DNA of 64,000 nt from Squalus acanthias (lineage: Eukaryota): NCBI GenBank assembly GCA_030390025.1, contig CM059438.1, positions 57,414,001 to 57,478,000 of the forward strand. Reading direction: 5' to 3'. The notes under the pieces were generated by a model that was given only the letters and a program-made list of their open reading frames with translations, was not told the DNA's origin and did no database searches. Shown one piece after another: positions 62,262 to 64,000 of this stretch. Position numbers and translations under genes: made by a program. Numbering within the stretch: position 1 is the stretch's first letter; each line of letters starts with the position of its first letter.

Positions 62262-64000
62262 TTTTTTTTTAATTTGCTTTATGGGATCTGGGTGCCGCTG
62301 GCAAGGCCAGCATTTATTGCCCATCCCTAGTTGCCCTTGAGAAGGTGGTGGTGAGCCGCCTTCTTGAACCGGTGCAGTCCATGTGGTGAAGGTACTCCCA
62401 CAGTGCTGTTAGGTAGGGAGTTCCAGAATTTTGACCCAGCAACAATGAAGGATCAACGATATACTTCTAAGTCAGGATAGTGTGTGACTTGGAGGGGAAC
62501 TTGGAGGTGGTGGTGTTCCCATGCGCCTGCTGCCCTTGTCCTTCTAGGTGGAAGAGGTCGCGGGTTTGGGAGTTGCTGCCGAAGAAGCCTTGGCAAGTTG
62601 CTGCAGTGCATCTTGTAGACGGTACACACTGCAGCCACGGTACGCCGGTGGTGGAGGGAGTGAATGTTTAGGTGATGGATGGGGTGCCAATCAAACAGGT
62701 TGCTTTGTCCTGGATGGTGTTGAGCTTCTTGAGTGTTGTTGGAGCTGCACTCATCCAGGCAAGTGGAGAGTATTCCATCACACTCCTTACTTGTGCCTTG
62801 TAAATGGTGGAAAGGCTTTGGGGAGTCAGGAGGTGAGACACTCGTCACAGAATACCTAGCCTCTGACCTGCTCTCATTGCCACAGTATTTATGTGGCTGG
62901 TCCAGTTAAGTTTCTGGTCAATGGCGACCCCCAGGATGTTGATGGTGGGGGATTCGGCGATGGTAATACTGTTGAATGTCAAGGGGAAATGGTTAGACTC
63001 TCGCTTGTTGGAGATAGTCATTGCCTGGCACTTCTGTGGCGCATATGTTACCTGCCACTTATCAGCCCAAGCCTGAACGTCGTCCAGGTCTTGTTGCATG
63101 CGGGCATGGACTACTTCATTATCTGAGGAGTTGTGAATGGCGCTGAACACTGTGCAGTCATCAGCGAACATCCCCTTTTCTGACCTTATGTTGGAGGGAA
63201 GGTCATTGATGAAGCAGCTGAAGATGGTTGGGCCGAGGACACTGCCCTGAGGAACTCCTGCAGCGATGTCCTGGGGCTGTGATGATTGTCCTTCAACCAC
63301 CACAACCATCTTCCTTTTTGCTAGGTATGACTCCAGCCAGTGGAGAGTTTTCCCCCTGATTCCCATTGACTTCAGTTTTACTTGGGCTCCTTGATGCCAC
63401 ACTCGGTCAAATGCTGCCTTGATGTCAAGGGCAGTCACTCTCACCATACCTCTGGAATTTAGCTCCTTTGTCCATGTTTGGACCAAGGCTGTAATGAGGT
63501 CGGGAGCAGTGTGGTCTTGGCGGAACCCAAACTGGGCATCAGTGAGCAGGTTATTGGTGAGTAAGTGCCGCTTGATAGCACTGTCAATTACACTTTCCAT
63601 CACTTTGCTGATGATTGAGAGTAGACTGATGGGGCGGTAATTGGCCGGGTTGGATTTGTCCTGCTTTTTGTGGACAGGACATACCTGGGCAGTTTTCCAG
63701 ATTGTCGGATACATGCCAGTGTTGTCGCTGTACTGGAACAGCTTGGCTAGAGGCACGGCTAGTTCTGGAGCACACGGTTTCAGCACGATAGCCGGGATGT
63801 TGTCAGGGCCCATAGCCTTTGCTGTATCCAGTGCGCTCAGCCATTTCTTGATATCACTTGGAGTGAATCGAATTGGCTGAAGACCGGCTTCTGTGATGGT
63901 GGGGACCTCGGGAGTAGGCCGATATGTATCAGCCACTCGGTACTTCTGGCTGAAGATGGTTGCAAACGCTTCAGCTTTGTCTTTTGCACTCAGGTGCTGG
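62262..64000 (-). mobile_element. Family-2 LINE RT and 3' end, running off the window
   Basis: ORF 62845-63936 with LDIKAAFD, QGSVLGP and FADD; A tail at 62262-62270. Confidence 0.94.

Overview
Vertebrate intronic or intergenic DNA, most likely from a cartilaginous fish (shark). This is inferred from the repeat families: CR1, DeuSINE/SacSINE1-like SINEs, L2, RTE and intron-containing Harbingers. Most of the window is nested transposable elements: several CR1 subfamilies, a second poly(A)-tailed CR1/L2-group LINE, old L2, one RTE fragment, SINEs, Penelope-like ends, and many PIF/Harbinger elements and MITEs with 3-bp TSDs. All long ORFs are TE-derived. The main non-TE signal is a minus-strand array of five micro-exons (27, 27, 27, 27 and 21 nt) in the small unique gaps between TEs. 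They share one splice architecture and homologous flanks, and they join into a single open phase-2 frame (ADNLVNQQRICNEEDILQSYRAAERSRADNQVHQQRLESPRI). Two of them have a sense-oriented, core-mutated hammerhead-ribozyme motif just upstream. The window starts with an NRF1/Sp1/RFX promoter-like segment and a splice donor, followed by a G-rich minisatellite. The host gene could not be identified from sequence alone. TE boundaries without a TSD are approximate.
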